The notes under the pieces were generated by a model. It made no database searches. It was given only the letters and a program-made list of their open reading frames with translations, and had not been told where the DNA came from. A stretch of 64,000 bases of DNA from Octopus vulgaris (Eukaryota), in assembly GCA_951406725.2 (NCBI GenBank), contig OX597815.1, forward strand, positions 121,892,001 through 121,956,000, read 5' to 3'. Each line of letters begins with the position of its first letter. Position 1 is the stretch's first letter. This document shows, piece after piece, positions 28,450-41,799 of the stretch. A program made the position numbers and the translations under genes.

Positions 28450-31400
28450 CCTCGACAATAATAGATGAAATGGTCATTGAGCCTGAGTTTGCTGGATCAG
28501 AGCTGACATGGGGTTTGCAACTGCTGTCACTAACATGCTTGAAGTAATTGCTACATTCTTTGTCAATACATAAATTTTGTTATTATATTAATGCACAGAA
28601 ACATTAGAAAACAAACATCATTTAAAATAGGAAGCAGTAGATATATTTCAACACAATAACGATTATTCGAAAAATTAAAATTTGAAAAAAATAGGAATGT
28701 CATAGGTTGAGTGGATCTTAACTATTGGTCTGCTGGATCAGAGCTGAATTAGGTCTAAAACAACAAAGAAATTTGTCAATGAACGAGGAACCCTTTAATG
28801 CACAAACTCAACCTGCTAAAGTTAAAAATAAACTTCTGGCTAGAGAGAAATGTAGTCTGTTTTTGATTAGCCCTTAATCAGACTTAATCCAAAAGACTTC
28901 TACGCTCAGAGGCGTTACTATCCACATTCTATTTTATTGTTGCTTTGTTTGTTTGTCTTTGACGAAAAGCGACGGTAGAATGTGACACAAAGTATAAATT
29001 TTGGCATTTAAAAAGACAAGATGGACACAATTGGAACACTCTTGAAAAAAATGGGTGGTCACAGCTGAAACGCTATTAAAAATATTATCTAGAAAGAGGC
29101 ATGTTTACATGCAGCCAAAAGTAGATCAGATGTCACATTTTACATTTTGAAAATTGTTTCACTCAAATATGGAATACCCAAACATTCATATTACCATAAA
29201 ACAAGTTTACTTAAGTGTTACGGTTTTCCTAATTTTCCATTTAACTGTGGTTGTAAATCTGAAGCCTTCTACGATAGTTTTTAATTGAAACATCTTTGAG
29301 CGCTGAAATCTGCTGGTTTGGGGACATAACCATGGTTAATAATGCCAATCGACAACTTTGTTGCCTCGTAACTTTCAGAGAAATGCACAGTTTTGAATGA
29401 GAATTTACAGATATAAGTTCCCGGCATTTGTGAAATTTAGAAAAAGAATTTTGGCGGAGTGTTGCGGGTCAATCTCTCCCCCACCTACTGACTTTTTCAT
29501 CACCAGTTATAAGTTTAGCAATTGTCTCTTTCTTTTTATGTTCGAAACAGCAACATTGCACAATATACACTCTCGTAAACGCATTTCTGCAAAACAGCAT
29601 TTAAAAATACATACGTTCGTTTTAAAAGAGTTAGGAGGAAACAAAGCCGACAGGGAGGGAGAGTGAATGATCTAAATCACTTCCAAAAATAATGATTCTT
29701 TTTTATATGTAAACATAATCATAATCTGTACCCTTGAAAACGCATTTCAGCAAAATTCCATTGCAAAGATATGCATTTTTTTTCAGAACAAACAGTAGTC
29801 ATGCCCACTTTTGCTCCATATGTTACAATAAGTTAAAGGTAAGCCGAAAGAAACATCAAATTGGTGTAATTCAAAATTCAGTAGCTATGACAATTAAAAC
29901 AGCACAATAACGAACAAGTGAAATGTTTTAATATTTTCTGAAATACATTCCAACGGTAAGTAAAAATATGAGAGTTTATAAAGATCAATTGTCGAGGATT
30001 TTAACTGTTGCAAATAAAAACAATCCAATTTCTTCGGGTCGTGAATTTTACTTTGGTAAAAATATAAACGATAACATATAGGATATTGAAACAATCCATC
30101 CATCTTCATTATTATGAGGGTCTTGGGAACAGAGTTTTAAGATGTGCCTTCCAGTGCGTGCAATCAGAAGCAACCATTAGCAAACGACCTTTCTATGTCC
30201 TCAAGCGAGACCAACCGAGTCTATGTCTGTAGAAAGACTCTTGGAGATTTTGGTAGAGGCGAGTCCGAGCAGCATCTAGATAGAGTAGATCGCGAATTAG
30301 ATATTTGAAAAATATCCATAGGCTCGGTTGTGGAAAGATGTTTAATTAGTCAACATTAAAAGACGTGAATACAAAACAAAGTTACTTTATCTGTAAACAA
30401 GCGGCAAACAATAAGTGTGATTGTTTACTCCGTGTATGAATTTGTACTACAACTTCTGTTTGTGTGGGAGTAGTGACAATGTCAAACAGTTTCAAAGAAA
30501 CCATGCCTATCCTGTTGGTATATAAGATATTTCACTTGAAAGAAGCATTGATATTTAAATTGAAATATTGGTTCCACAATACAAAATAAATAAATAAGAA
30601 ACGAACGCGTAGGTTCATTGTTACCTTATTCAAGGTGAGGTTTGAACAAGTGGGCGAATCCAAAATACGTAGTAAGCTGCTCTATGGGAACGGCTATATT
30701 AGGGAGTTTAACTCCCAAGCAAATATATGCCTGTTTCATAAATGTTAAGACTTTTTCTATGAAATTATATGGTGGGGAAACAATATTGTTAAATTCCCAC
30801 ATTCCGAGGTATTACTAATGATCAATCACATCTTGAAAAAATGTCCTACCAATGTTAATAGAATATGTCCTGCCTTGTGGCTGGTAGTGAAAGAAGATAT
30901 TGGACATGAAACAAAAGATTCCAAACCAAGATGAATTGGCACGTCTTGTGCACCGACTGACCTTATGACTGAGTAAGTCAACCTAAGCTGTTAATCATTA
31001 GGTCCAAGTGTAAATATTATCCTCCGAAACGAAAGTTTACAATTGATTGTATCAGCATAATTAACACAGAGACATACACATACTGAACAAATTACAAGTT
31101 ACATCTCAAAATAGCGACATCTCCACCTCCCACACACTAACCGAAAGCTAATTAAAAGAGTTGATTGGCATGTCAAAGTCATTTTCTAGACTTTAAAACT
31201 TCTTTTTAAAATCTTAGTATTTAAAAGCACTTCATTACTGTACATTCACAAAACCCCGAATCACCAAAATGAGTAGTACTTTGTTGAAATACACTGCTTT
31301 TGTTTCAATTAATTTAAAAGATAATGGAGAATTTAGTGAAATAACTGTGTCCTTATTAAGCAGGTGTTTGGAATATAATTTAACATGAAATTTTGATGGA

Positions 31401-32666
31401 AAGTTTTAATTTATATCACTTTAAAATCGGGCAGAAGAACTAAAGGTGGATTAAAAGATGAGCCAAGCTCACGTGTGCAATAGAAGACTCGGTTAGCATC
31501 CTAATAAAATCTAAACTTTTCAGCCACATATCGTAAACAACTTTCATACGAAGTTCAAAATACATGTCGTGTTTCAAATACATATTTTGACTTTTTAAAA
31601 AAAAATGAATAAACAGTTCATACTTTAGCACAAAGCTAAACAATAAATGACAGGTTTGTGTGTCTGTCATAATTCCATTTCGAATGTCAAGAAATGGATA
31701 AATACAAAGTGACTAAATCTTGCTAAAATTCAAGATTGATGTTTACTTCCCAAGCCAGGAACTTTCAACAAACTTCTGATAGCAGGTGTTCCAGCTGTGA
31801 CCATCCCTTATAAGTTTGTTTTTATGTGAAGTTATAAAAATAGTTGAACATTAAACTGAAAGATCTCTCAACAATTTATAACAGAGTACAAGAAAAAAAG
31901 GTAGAAGTTATCAGACTGTGTGTATGATGGTGGTGGGGGTATTATTTGGCCTGAAGACCTTGTGCACCAGCAGACGAAGCAGAGTAACGAGAGAGAGAGA
32001 GAGGTTGTATACAGGGTACAATAACTCCTCAAAAAAGTAAATGGGGAGACAGACAGAAAGCAACAACAGTAAGATATGATTGCCAAAAGCACCTGAAGAG
32101 GACACAACATAAGATACAATAACAAAAGAAATTAAAAGTCATGAAGGAGGGAAACATTTGTGTACATTTTGAATTACATTGTCCCTTATGCCCTTACCTT
32201 TTTTAAGACTATAAAGTGTATCAGTGTGAGAAGAGACTAGGGGGTTATTTGTAGTTGGTCGACCGTATACAAGTTCCCTGCTCATTTTTCAGGTTCCTCA
32301 AGAATCTGAAGAAACACGCTCTGAGAATACTACTGGTTTGCCATATATTCGTTGCAGTTAATTATAATGAAGTTGGTTTTAGGGACATTACGATTTTCAA
32401 AGTGAAAATAACAATAATAATAGCTATTTGCCAACAGCAAATAAATGAATGTGAGATATCTATGCTATGCTCAAAGCGTTGTGGTCGCTACGATAAACTT
32501 TTTTTTAAAGTTTATCAAAATCAAATTTTTAAATCCTTTAAAATTATATTAATTGATAATGAAATTCAAAACAAATGTAAAAGAAGTAGGGGGGAAAAAA
32601 CAGTTATATTAAGTAAAACAAAATTTTCGACTGAAAAAATATATCAAAAACAAAAATCTTTCTCAC

Positions 32667-32847
32667 CGATAGCAATATAATAGGATGAGACGTAAGTCCG
32701 ACCAGGTGGTTCGTGTATGTGAGCAGTTGCCGTACTAACACATTTTGTATGACATTCTTCGTTATTTGTTAGATTATAATGAATGGAAGATACATGACGA
32801 AATGGCTTGGACGAAGATTGTTTGGTGTTTGTTTGAGTGTGTGACAT
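32667..32847 (-). CDS. Putative alternative first coding exon (60 codons + 1 nt; MSHTQTNTKQSSSKPFRHVSSIHYNL...EPPGRTYVSSYYIAI)
   Basis: ATG in a favourable invertebrate context (atcAACATG), open frame to the donor ATC G|GTGAGA at 32667/32666, phase 1 like the 3046 exon; lies in non-repetitive CpG-retaining sequence. Confidence 0.6.
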
Positions 32848-33199
32848 GTTGATATTTCTATTTTCCTTCGGTAATCAGATAATCCAGTCGTAAATATCAA
32901 CCAGTTTGAATACAGGGGACACAGCGCGATTTCCTTCGGTATTATATCGTACAATAATGGCCTTGTTAGTTCTTTCGGAGAAGCCAACCAACAACAATGA
33001 CCTGACCAGTACAGCTGGTGTAATGCTGTTGGAAATATTTAAATGAACGGACAGGTACATAGGAAGAATATTTTTATAGAAAATAGTTCTGTAGTTATAT
33101 ACTAACTAGGACATAAGGAATGGTAAGTAAAAGGATATGTAACGGATTCATACTTTTTTGGGCATTTCAAGTTAAGATAAACGCTCATAATTTCAGTGA

Positions 33200-33320
33200 C
33201 AGCGAGCGAGGTGACATTAAACAGGTGGTTGACATAAAGTGTTTCGGAAAGTAACTGACACACGTGACCCTATGACGTTTACTCCTCCTCCCACTTTGGG
33301 CTCAGTCAGGTTAACTTATC
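33200..33320 (-). promoter_or_regulatory. Candidate core promoter for the 32847 exon
   Basis: Minus-strand initiator-like TCAGTT (33253-33258) directly flanked by E-box CACGTG (33261-33266) and CRE half-site TGACG (33273-33277); the surrounding 29-34 kb region is visibly CpG-richer and repeat-poor. Confidence 0.4.
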
Positions 33321-34769
33321 AAATGTTGATAAACAAATGACTTATTTTTTTTCCCCCTTTTTCAAAAATACCGCCATGTAATTCATATCAGAAAAAGTTA
33401 TATTATAAATAAACGGAAAAATTTTAAATCTTTTACTTTTTCGACTATTTTTGTTTTGATTCTTTTAAAAGAAAAATTCGGTAGTAAGTCTAAATTAAAA
33501 TGAAATTACGTTCTAAATTAAACTGAAATTGAAACTATTAATATTTTAAATGCAGCATTTAGAACTACCTGTTATGATTTGCAACCTTATGCAATGAAGA
33601 TTTTTTTTTTTTAAATTTCGATTTTTAAAAAAAATGAATAAACTTTAGTTGAGATCGTATGGGATTTAAAACCGTTTCGTCATATAAATACAAATTCCCA
33701 GTTAAAAATAAGTACTGTCCTTAATTACATTTTTTTTTGTCCTGTTTGTCGGCTGTGTGATATGAGCAAAGCTAGTGAGAAATTGCACAGCTAAGAGTAT
33801 TATTGCATTTACCCGCAATGTGGTCGCGACAAATGACATACGTTAAATCATTTCTCTATCGTTATTCTATATTTGTCGCTTTATCACATTTCCAGTCACT
33901 CTTCCACCACCTCACACTTTAGTTTTTTTACACGTCTGTCGCACCCTCTCTCTCTTTTCCTTTCCCGTCTAGTTCGCTGTCTCTCCCACCCGCCTCTTTC
34001 TCAGAAATTGCTTCATTTCTTTTTCTTTTTTTTTTTTTTTCCAGATAGTTAATTCCCCCTCCTTCTCTCATTTCTACTTACACTGCTGACTGCAGGTCAC
34101 TGGTGGACGAAATAAAATGTTTTGAAAAAGAAAAAAAGCAACTAATATAAAAATTGAACTATTTTTATCGTAGGTTAATTTCCTGAGGTGAACATTCCTT
34201 CTACTTCCGGGAGTGTTTCTCCTTACTCGTATGTCACTCAGAGTCGCTTTCAAATGTTTCTTCTCGCTAAAGCTAAGCTACTTAGATAAGGCAAAAAATA
34301 TTTCGAGTTGATTTGGTTTATATTTTCCGTTGTATTGCTTTGACACTTTGTTACGGCTCTTATATATATATAAAGAGCATTTCCTCAATGCAATGTATGT
34401 GTGTGTGCGCGCGTGTATATATATATATACACACACACACACAAAAATGATTTGCTGTATTGCAACCAATGATTTACATTAGTCTCTTCAGAGATTTTAT
34501 TCGAATACATTAATGACATTTTTTTTAAATAAATAAACGAGAAAATATGTTAAATTCTGAAGCATATTAAATAACTTTTGTGTTGGAAATACAGGGAAAA
34601 TATAGTTGAATTGAAAATAATTATTAGCAACAAAAGCTGCGTAAATACCAGAAGGTAATATTTATCTCCAACTTTAAAATGGATGTTGTGTTAGAACAGA
34701 AGACCTCCCATTTGGATTCGTGGTGCGTAAAAGTACTCCTATTTATATCGTTGACAGACAAGAAACGTC

Positions 34770-34990
34770 AGCTACAGCCACCAAAACAATCAGATCACAT
34801 GATTTTGCCCTGTTTTGAGCTCTTCGGGAACAGATATCCAGTCATGTCACAACAGCCAAGTCCACTGGCTTATCAACCAAGAGGAGGTGGAAGCTTCAGT
34901 GAAAGAGTTCTTTGTTTTAAAGAGCAAGAATGGGCACCAGGATGACTCCAGGCAGTGCAACGCAATAGCCTCTACTTTAAATGCTGGGCT
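34770..34990 (+). pseudogene. Decayed mariner transposase C-terminal fragment
   Basis: QPP..SD..LPCFELFG followed (frameshifted) by NQEEVEASVKEFFVLKSKN, resembling the mariner C-terminus. Confidence 0.5.
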
Positions 34991-37399
34991 ACTTTTGTTG
35001 TAGCTTGACAAATAAAGCAAATAAGTTACCAAAATATTACAAAACTTTTGACTGAATGATTAGATGAAAATATTTCTAAAATCAATTTGAAATCCTATTA
35101 TAAGATGGATATATGAAACATTGGGATAGTTTTGCCTTTCTGAAAAAAGCAATCAAAGTTTATAAAGTTTTCCATTAGGAATCAAAAGTACACAACAAGC
35201 ATTTTTGAGTGATAAATTATGAGTTAAGTAATTATTGCTTACATTGACTTTATGCAGCATTTATTTCTTACTGGTGGTGGTGGTGGGGGAAACAATGAGT
35301 ACCAAAAAGGGTATGTACCAAATTGCCATACTTAACTCTGTTACTGCAGAAATCAGATATAGTTGCTCAAAATTTCATTACTCTTAACAGCAGCAGAAAG
35401 CAGCTTTGCATATCACTCTATCTTTTATTGTGATATACCATGTTTGAAAGTATTTTTCAATCAGATATGTCAAGTTTATTGAAGAATGTGATTTGCAGAA
35501 ATTATCAATTCTATTTTTGACATCCTTACTGGGATAACCTTGAAAATTAATTTCACAATTGGTGTTAATAATTTAGAAAAAAAAAGTTGTGTAGTACAGC
35601 CAGCCACCACTCATGAGCAAATATGGCTTGGTAACATGCTTTCATAAATTGTTTTAAGTGTCTTTATAGGCACAAGCAGAGATAGACATCCTCTCAGCCT
35701 CTTCACATTTGACCTTGTGGAATATTCAGGATGGAAAGGGAATGTAGCTCACTTGTTCAGAAAAGCAGAGGAGATGAGGCAACATGTGTAAAACTTGCAC
35801 TTGAGCCAAATGTACAAGCTTGTTGGTGAGTGAATCTGCAAAATGCCCTTCTTTTGGAGTACACTCATTTCTGGTGTTTTACATTATACTAATAATTTTT
35901 TTTCCTATACTAAAGAGATATGAAAAATATGCTTCACTTACCATCAGTATTCATTGTCAGCATTATTTAACATCCACTTTTCTGTGCTTGCATAGGGTGG
36001 GCAGAATTTGTTGAGATAAATTATCTATGGCTGAATGAATGAATGCCTTTAGTTTCCATGCAAAGTAATATAACCCCCTTGGCCTGACATGTTTTTCGTG
36101 GAAGACTGGAAATGGACATCATTTGTATGACAGTGACACTCTTTTACGACCATCACATGATGTTTAGACATATACACATACAAGCATATATACGTATTCA
36201 TATATATATATAACCAGCAAAGTAGCTAGTTAGAAAATCTCTATAAGAGATGAAAGTAGTAACTATACTGAGAAGTAATGTTTGTCATCACTTCATCATG
36301 GCCATTGCATACAAACCAAACCATTTTCAACCCCAAGAGGAAGCCTCTTCTAGCTGATTATCAATGCAATCTGCACCGAACATATATTGCAAGCAGGGGA
36401 GCGAATTCCTACCATCTTCTAGTGACTTGACAAGACCATGTATGTATATTTACACATACTTCTTTCAGTTTCTGTCAACCAAATCTACATGCAATGCTTT
36501 GGTTGTCCCATGGCTATACTAGAAGGCACTTGTCCAAGGTGCCATGTAGGGACTGAAGCTGAGACCACATCTTATGTGGTGTCAGTTTCAGTGTCACTGC
36601 AGACAATTTGGCCACGCAACCTTAGTTGCTGTGGTTATTGTTTAGTTTGAAGCCAGTTGTAATTGGACAAATCTATGATCAAAGGCTTTCCAGTAATTAC
36701 TATCCTGTCTTTTCTTTAAGTATGATGTATCTAGGGCCACATCAGCCAATGCAACTCTCCTGTTTTTTAAGACACAGTAGCATGGGATCTGAGAGAGATT
36801 TGGCTTTTATTTCTGTTGAAATTCACTGTCTTTGGCTTACACATCCAATCTAACTAGGAAGCACTAAAGAAATCACTTTAAACTTGCTGAAATAATATTT
36901 GGGGTGCTTTATCTCTATTAAGTAAAGAAACAAATGTGTTACAATAGATTAATTTTGAGGATCTAATCAAAAACTTTGCAATTAAAAAAAGTAAGAGAAA
37001 ACTTTTTAAATATAGATATAACGGAAGTAAACAAAAGTAAACATTATTTTCCATCTTACTGTTAGTTTTGTTTCATTTTGAAAAAAATATATTTTATGGT
37101 TTATTATTGTTTATATTTTGAATTACTTCTAGGCTGGAGGGCACCAAAATATTTTAAGTGCTTGGGGCCTCTATGGGTCTAAATTTGGCCCTGTATCACA
37201 TACATCAATGCCATACACCAATCTTTGACTTAATATCATCAACCAATATTAATCTGTACTTTTTAGCATTTGTTGTCTACATGAGATGATTTCTTGGGAC
37301 ATGTACTGCAGTCTAAAGCATTATAAACAACACATCCAAGTTAGGTTGGATGTGCTAATTACCATTCATTACAAAGACTGCTTCTGTTGCTAATAACTA

Positions 37400-37594
37400 A
37401 GACTGTCTTTGTTCTAATTAATTTTGGAATTAATGAAGAATTTATTAAAATAACTTTCACATTATTAAACTGGTGTTTGAAACGGATTTACATGAAATCT
37501 TTATGGAAGATTTTAATTTAGATCACTTTAAAGCATGTAGTTTGTACCATTGAATCAGAGGTGGTCGTGGGTGGACTGGTTTCAAAGGAATTAA
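37400..37594 (-). mobile_element. Diverged piggyBac-type MITE copy (related fragments near 7780-7850 and 31280-31430)
   Basis: tggaagattttaatttagatcac motif shared with 6894-7113. Confidence 0.5.
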
Positions 37595-38044
37595 TATGGA
37601 ATGTTTATAATTTACAAGAAACAACAATATATGACAAAATCTTGATAGATTCATTAGATATATTTTTTTTATTCCTTAATTGTTTGATAAAGTAATTAAT
37701 ATATTAGGGTAGTAATTAGGACAAGCAGTATTGCCTCTACTTTACTTTTCAAATAAAGTGTTGTGTGATAGCATAATGAAATCTTATTTTCTAGCCTTAA
37801 GGATTTTCATTCAAGTTGAAATAACAAACTTTAGCTTTTCTCTATTTTCTGTTTGTAAGCCATATCTGTTTTATCAATTTGAAATATCAAACTGAAAAAA
37901 AGAAAATAAAAAGAAACTGAATTAATTTTCTTTCCTCAAGTTCCTTTAAAATTGCAGGCTTTTCAAAAATCATTGTGTAAAATGTGTAAAGCAATTATTT
38001 CAGTGCTTATATAAAGAATGTAAATTTATATCATGAATGAGATG

Positions 38045-38330
38045 CAGGCATGGCTGTGTAGTAGAGAAAGTCAGTTTCCATGTGGTTTTCAGCTCAATCT
38101 CGTTGTGTGGCATCTTGGGCAAGTATCTTCAACTATAGCACCAAGCTAAGCAAAGCTTCATAAGTAGACTTGGTTGACAGAAATTGAAAGAAGCACATTG
38201 TGTGTGTGTGTGTACGTGCACGCATGTATACATGTTTCAGTCATTAGACAGTGGTCTAAATGGGGTACCACCTTTAAGGGTTTAGTCAAACAAATCAATC
38301 CCAGGACTTATTGTCATTTAGTCTGGTATT
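38045..38330 (+). mobile_element. SINE family A 5' half, followed by an inverted 3' fragment
   Basis: Head and core to about 38215, then gtttcagtcattagac...cccaggacttatt in the opposite orientation. Confidence 0.65.
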
Positions 38331-38549
38331 GAAGCAACATAAAGGATGCAATGTGACCCTGACTGAAAATTGAAACCATGATCTAATAATAACAGGCCCA
38401 ATAACTGGATCACATATCTTATGGTAAATTGATATATTTCACATATCTTATGGTAAATTGATATATTTCAAAGAGCTACTTTATTCTTTGAAAAATAGCT
38501 CTAGTATTTCATATCTAGTAAATCTTGAGGGATTATACTGAACCTTTAA

Positions 38550-38762
38550 ATGAGAGGGTACTGAAAAATTCCTGGTTTTAAGTGTATCACAAAAGGCTTT
38601 GTTGGTGGCCCAAACTTCCGAGTTCTTTTAAGGGCTTCGAAAAACTGAAAGACCATAAGTGTATGAATTTGAGAGGGAAATATGCTGAAAAAATCATACT
38701 TAACTGATCCTCCTGTATTTTCTTTTACCCAATACCAGAAACTTTGCAACACCCCATTGTAT
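38550..38762 (+). mobile_element. Mariner-derived MITE (about 210 bp)
   Basis: Imperfect TIRs (gagggtactgaaaaattcctgg / ccagaaactttgcaacacccc) enclose a decayed transposase 3' end (..KC.NLRG.Y.E); second copy at 10741-10912. Confidence 0.7.
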
Positions 38763-39156
38763 AACATGTAAAGGAAACAGTAAATGAAAATATATAAATT
38801 CATTGATAGAGGCAGTGAAGAAGCTATGAAAATAAAAACTAGAACAGAAGTTTGATACGTTATATTGTTAGCAAATACTAAATAAAGACAGCATACTGTC
38901 AGAACTGTTAATATGACAGACAAATTGTTTAGCATCATATCTTACAACTCTCTAAGTTCCGAGTTCAAATCCTGCTGAGGATGAATATAATAGGTTGTTT
39001 AGGCCAATAAATATCATATATTAAGTGGAACAGTAATTGATAAACTATTTATCTCTACTATTTTTATTCAGTTTCAGGAAATTTTTGAAATGATGCAACT
39101 GATTGAACAATGCTAAAATTAAATTAAGATAAAGTCTCTGAAATACTTTGATGAAA

Positions 39157-39318
39157 CTGTGTGGTAAGTAGCTTGCTTACCAACCACATGGTTCTGGGTT
39201 CAGTCCCACTGCATGGCACCTTGGGCAAGTGTCTTCTACTATAGCTTCAGGCTGACCAAAGCCTTGTGAGTAGATTTGGTAGACAGAAACTGAAAGAAGC
39301 CTGTCGTATACATGTATT

Positions 39319-39357
<39 letters not shown>

Positions 39358-39556
39358 ATGTCTGTGTTTGTCCCCCCAACATCGCTTGACAACCGATGCT
39401 GGTGTGTTTATGTTCCTGTAACATAGTGGTTCAGCAAATGAAACTGATAGAATTAGTACTAGGCTTACAAAGAATAAGTCCTGGGGTCAATTTGCCCGAC
39501 TAGGTGGTGCTCCAGCATGGCCACAGTCAAATGACTGAAACAAGTAAAAGAGTAAA
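39157..39556 (+). mobile_element. SINE family A
   Basis: Colinear with 52986-53410. Confidence 0.88.
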
Positions 39557-39604
39557 CTAATAAAATAACATGATATATGTTTTTAATATTTCAAATTATT
39601 AAGA

Positions 39605-39810
39605 TGACAAGCTGGCAGAATCGTTAGCATTCTGGGTAAATGTTTTATGTCATTTCATCCTTACATTCTACATTCAAATTCCACTGAGGTCGACTTTGCC
39701 TTTTATCCTTTTAGAGTTGATAAAATAAGTACCAGTTGAACACTGGGGTCAATGTAAGTGGCTTACCCCTCCCACAAAATTACTGGCCTTGTGTCAAAAT
39801 TTGAAAAGAG
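39605..39810 (+). mobile_element. SINE family B
   Basis: Family B head and core. Confidence 0.8.
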
Positions 39811-40974
39811 TGTTTCAAATTATTCACTGCTTTATTCAAATGTATGCCATGAAAAGAAAAGTTGATTCTTTTTAATGTCAATAAAATTAACACTGATCAC
39901 ATCCACACACACACACACACAGAGTTAAACTGTAATTCTTTGATCAACAATTGCAGCATGGAACACACACATATTGGCCATTTAAAAACACACAAAAACT
40001 GTTAAGTTCACTTAAACATTTATTATTTGGTCTCAAAATTTTCATTGCACCAACTGCGACCCAGTCGCTGACACAGTTCTAATGATTTATTCAAGCTTGC
40101 TCTACTAAAATTGACTTCAAGTATATAAACAATGATTGTTTATGGGGTGAAATTTTTGACTGTCAGTTTGACCTCTAGATCTTTAGATTTAATGCAATGC
40201 TTATGAACATGAAAACTAGATAAGGCAAACCCATTTTCGTTAAAAAAAAATATTCCCAAGATAATTTCTTTATAAGAAAATAAGCTGTTTTCTGATATTT
40301 AATATTATACCATATCATAAAAGTTGACTTAACCACCTTCAGAAGTTGGATACTATGAATGGCAGGCCAAGAAAAAAAAAATGAATAAAAGCACAGTGGT
40401 AAGGTTGGGGATAACATTAGCAGACGTTATAAAGTTTTAGGAGTGCAGATTCCATTTATTGATTTATGTTAAAGATTCCATGTTTCACCAAATATCAGAA
40501 ATATTTGGAGTTATAGACTCAAGGGAGATATTTCAGCTGTCAAAGCATGATTTGAAAATATAAAGTACAAACAAAACAGTTGCTTCCTAAGCATGTTCAT
40601 TTGCTTGAAGCAAAATTTTTGAAAAGCAGATATTAACAAAACAAAGTTAGCTATTTAATCAAGAATGGTGATATTTTGAATTTCTTCAAAAGATATAAAT
40701 TTATACTACGACCAAATATTTTTGTAGTCATTTGATTGCTTATTTATTTATTTATTTATTTATATATTCATTCATTCTATGTATCTATAATGCTTTATCG
40801 TTCAAGTTTAGCATGCTAATCTATAACCTGCTTCTTGTCCACATTTGTGTATGCTGCAATCATATTCAAAGAGAAATGTTCTGCAACCTTTTCCAATAGG
40901 AGCAAATTTTCTTTTACATAACAAACTATAAAGATAATAGGCTTGCTCTCCAAACCAGCCAAAACTGGCTGGTG

Positions 40975-41280
40975 CACTCTGTCAGTTACGATAATGAATG
41001 TTCCAGTTGATTTGCTTGTGAAATTAACATGCAAGTGGCTGAGTACAACACAGACACATGTACTCTTAATGCAGTTCTTAGGGAGGTTCAGTGTAACACA
41101 TCAAATATGACAAGGCTGGCCCATTGAACTGCAGGTAAAACTCAATTTTGCCATCTGAGTGGAGTGGAGCAACATGAAACAAAGTGTCTCATTCAAGGAT
41201 GCAATACATTGCACAGAATTGAACTCAGACCTTATGATCATGAGACAAATACACTAACCACTAAGCCATGTGCTTTCACA
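40975..41280 (-). mobile_element. Older family-C-related SINE (related heads near 5255, 8290, 11750-11965, 42265)
   Basis: Reverse complement of the family C 3' region (gtggctgagtac..cacagacacatgtac) and tRNA-like head. Confidence 0.7.
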
Positions 41281-41332
41281 AGCCAAGACTACCAAGCAAC
41301 TGTATATATGTATATACAAGTATATATGCTCT

Positions 41333-41760
41333 CATCATCATCATCGTTTAACGTCCATTTTCCATACTGGCATGGGTTGGACAGTTCGACTGGGGGTCTG
41401 GGAAGCCAGAAGGCTTCATCAGGCTCCAATCTGATCTGGCAGTGTTTTCTACAGCTTTGTGCCCTTCCTAATGCCAGCTACTCTGAGAGTGTAGTGGGTG
41501 CTTTTAACATGCCACCAGCACAGAGGCCAGAGGGGGCTGGCATTGACCACGTTTGGATAGTGCTTTTATGTGCCACCGGCATGGGAGCCAGTCAAGGTGG
41601 CATGCATCAGCCACATTCAGATGGTGCCACCAGCACAGGAGCCAGTCAGGGATAGGGGGCTGGCATCGACCATGTTTGGAAGGTGCTTTTTACGTACCAC
41701 CAGCACAGGAAGTCAGACATGTGACAATTTGCTGTATTTGAGAAGACATGTCAAGCCAAA
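41333..41760 (-). mobile_element. RTE 3'-end copy
   Basis: (cat)n cgtttaacgtccattttccatactggcatgggttggac..., reverse complement of the common tail. Confidence 0.8.
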
Positions 41761-41799
41761 TAAAATCTCTACCATCCATGCATACAGGCTTGTCCTTCA

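Noticed and set aside
29894-30109. 71-aa minus-strand ORF as a third alternative first exon
   Set aside because: No convincing splice donor before its stop; neighbouring ATG frames at 29.2-29.4 kb and 30.1-30.3 kb also terminate early.
32255-32680. 141-aa plus-strand ORF
   Set aside because: Non-ATG start, AT-rich K/I/F-biased composition, no recognisable motif; antisense to the presumed intron.
35330-35720. Possible hAT transposase remnant (also 18020-18300 and a hAT-like end at 37130-37193)
   Set aside because: Only faint motif resemblance; cannot be supported without a profile search.
41164-41655. 163-aa ORF
   Set aside because: Runs through an antisense SINE and RTE tail; no protein-like features.
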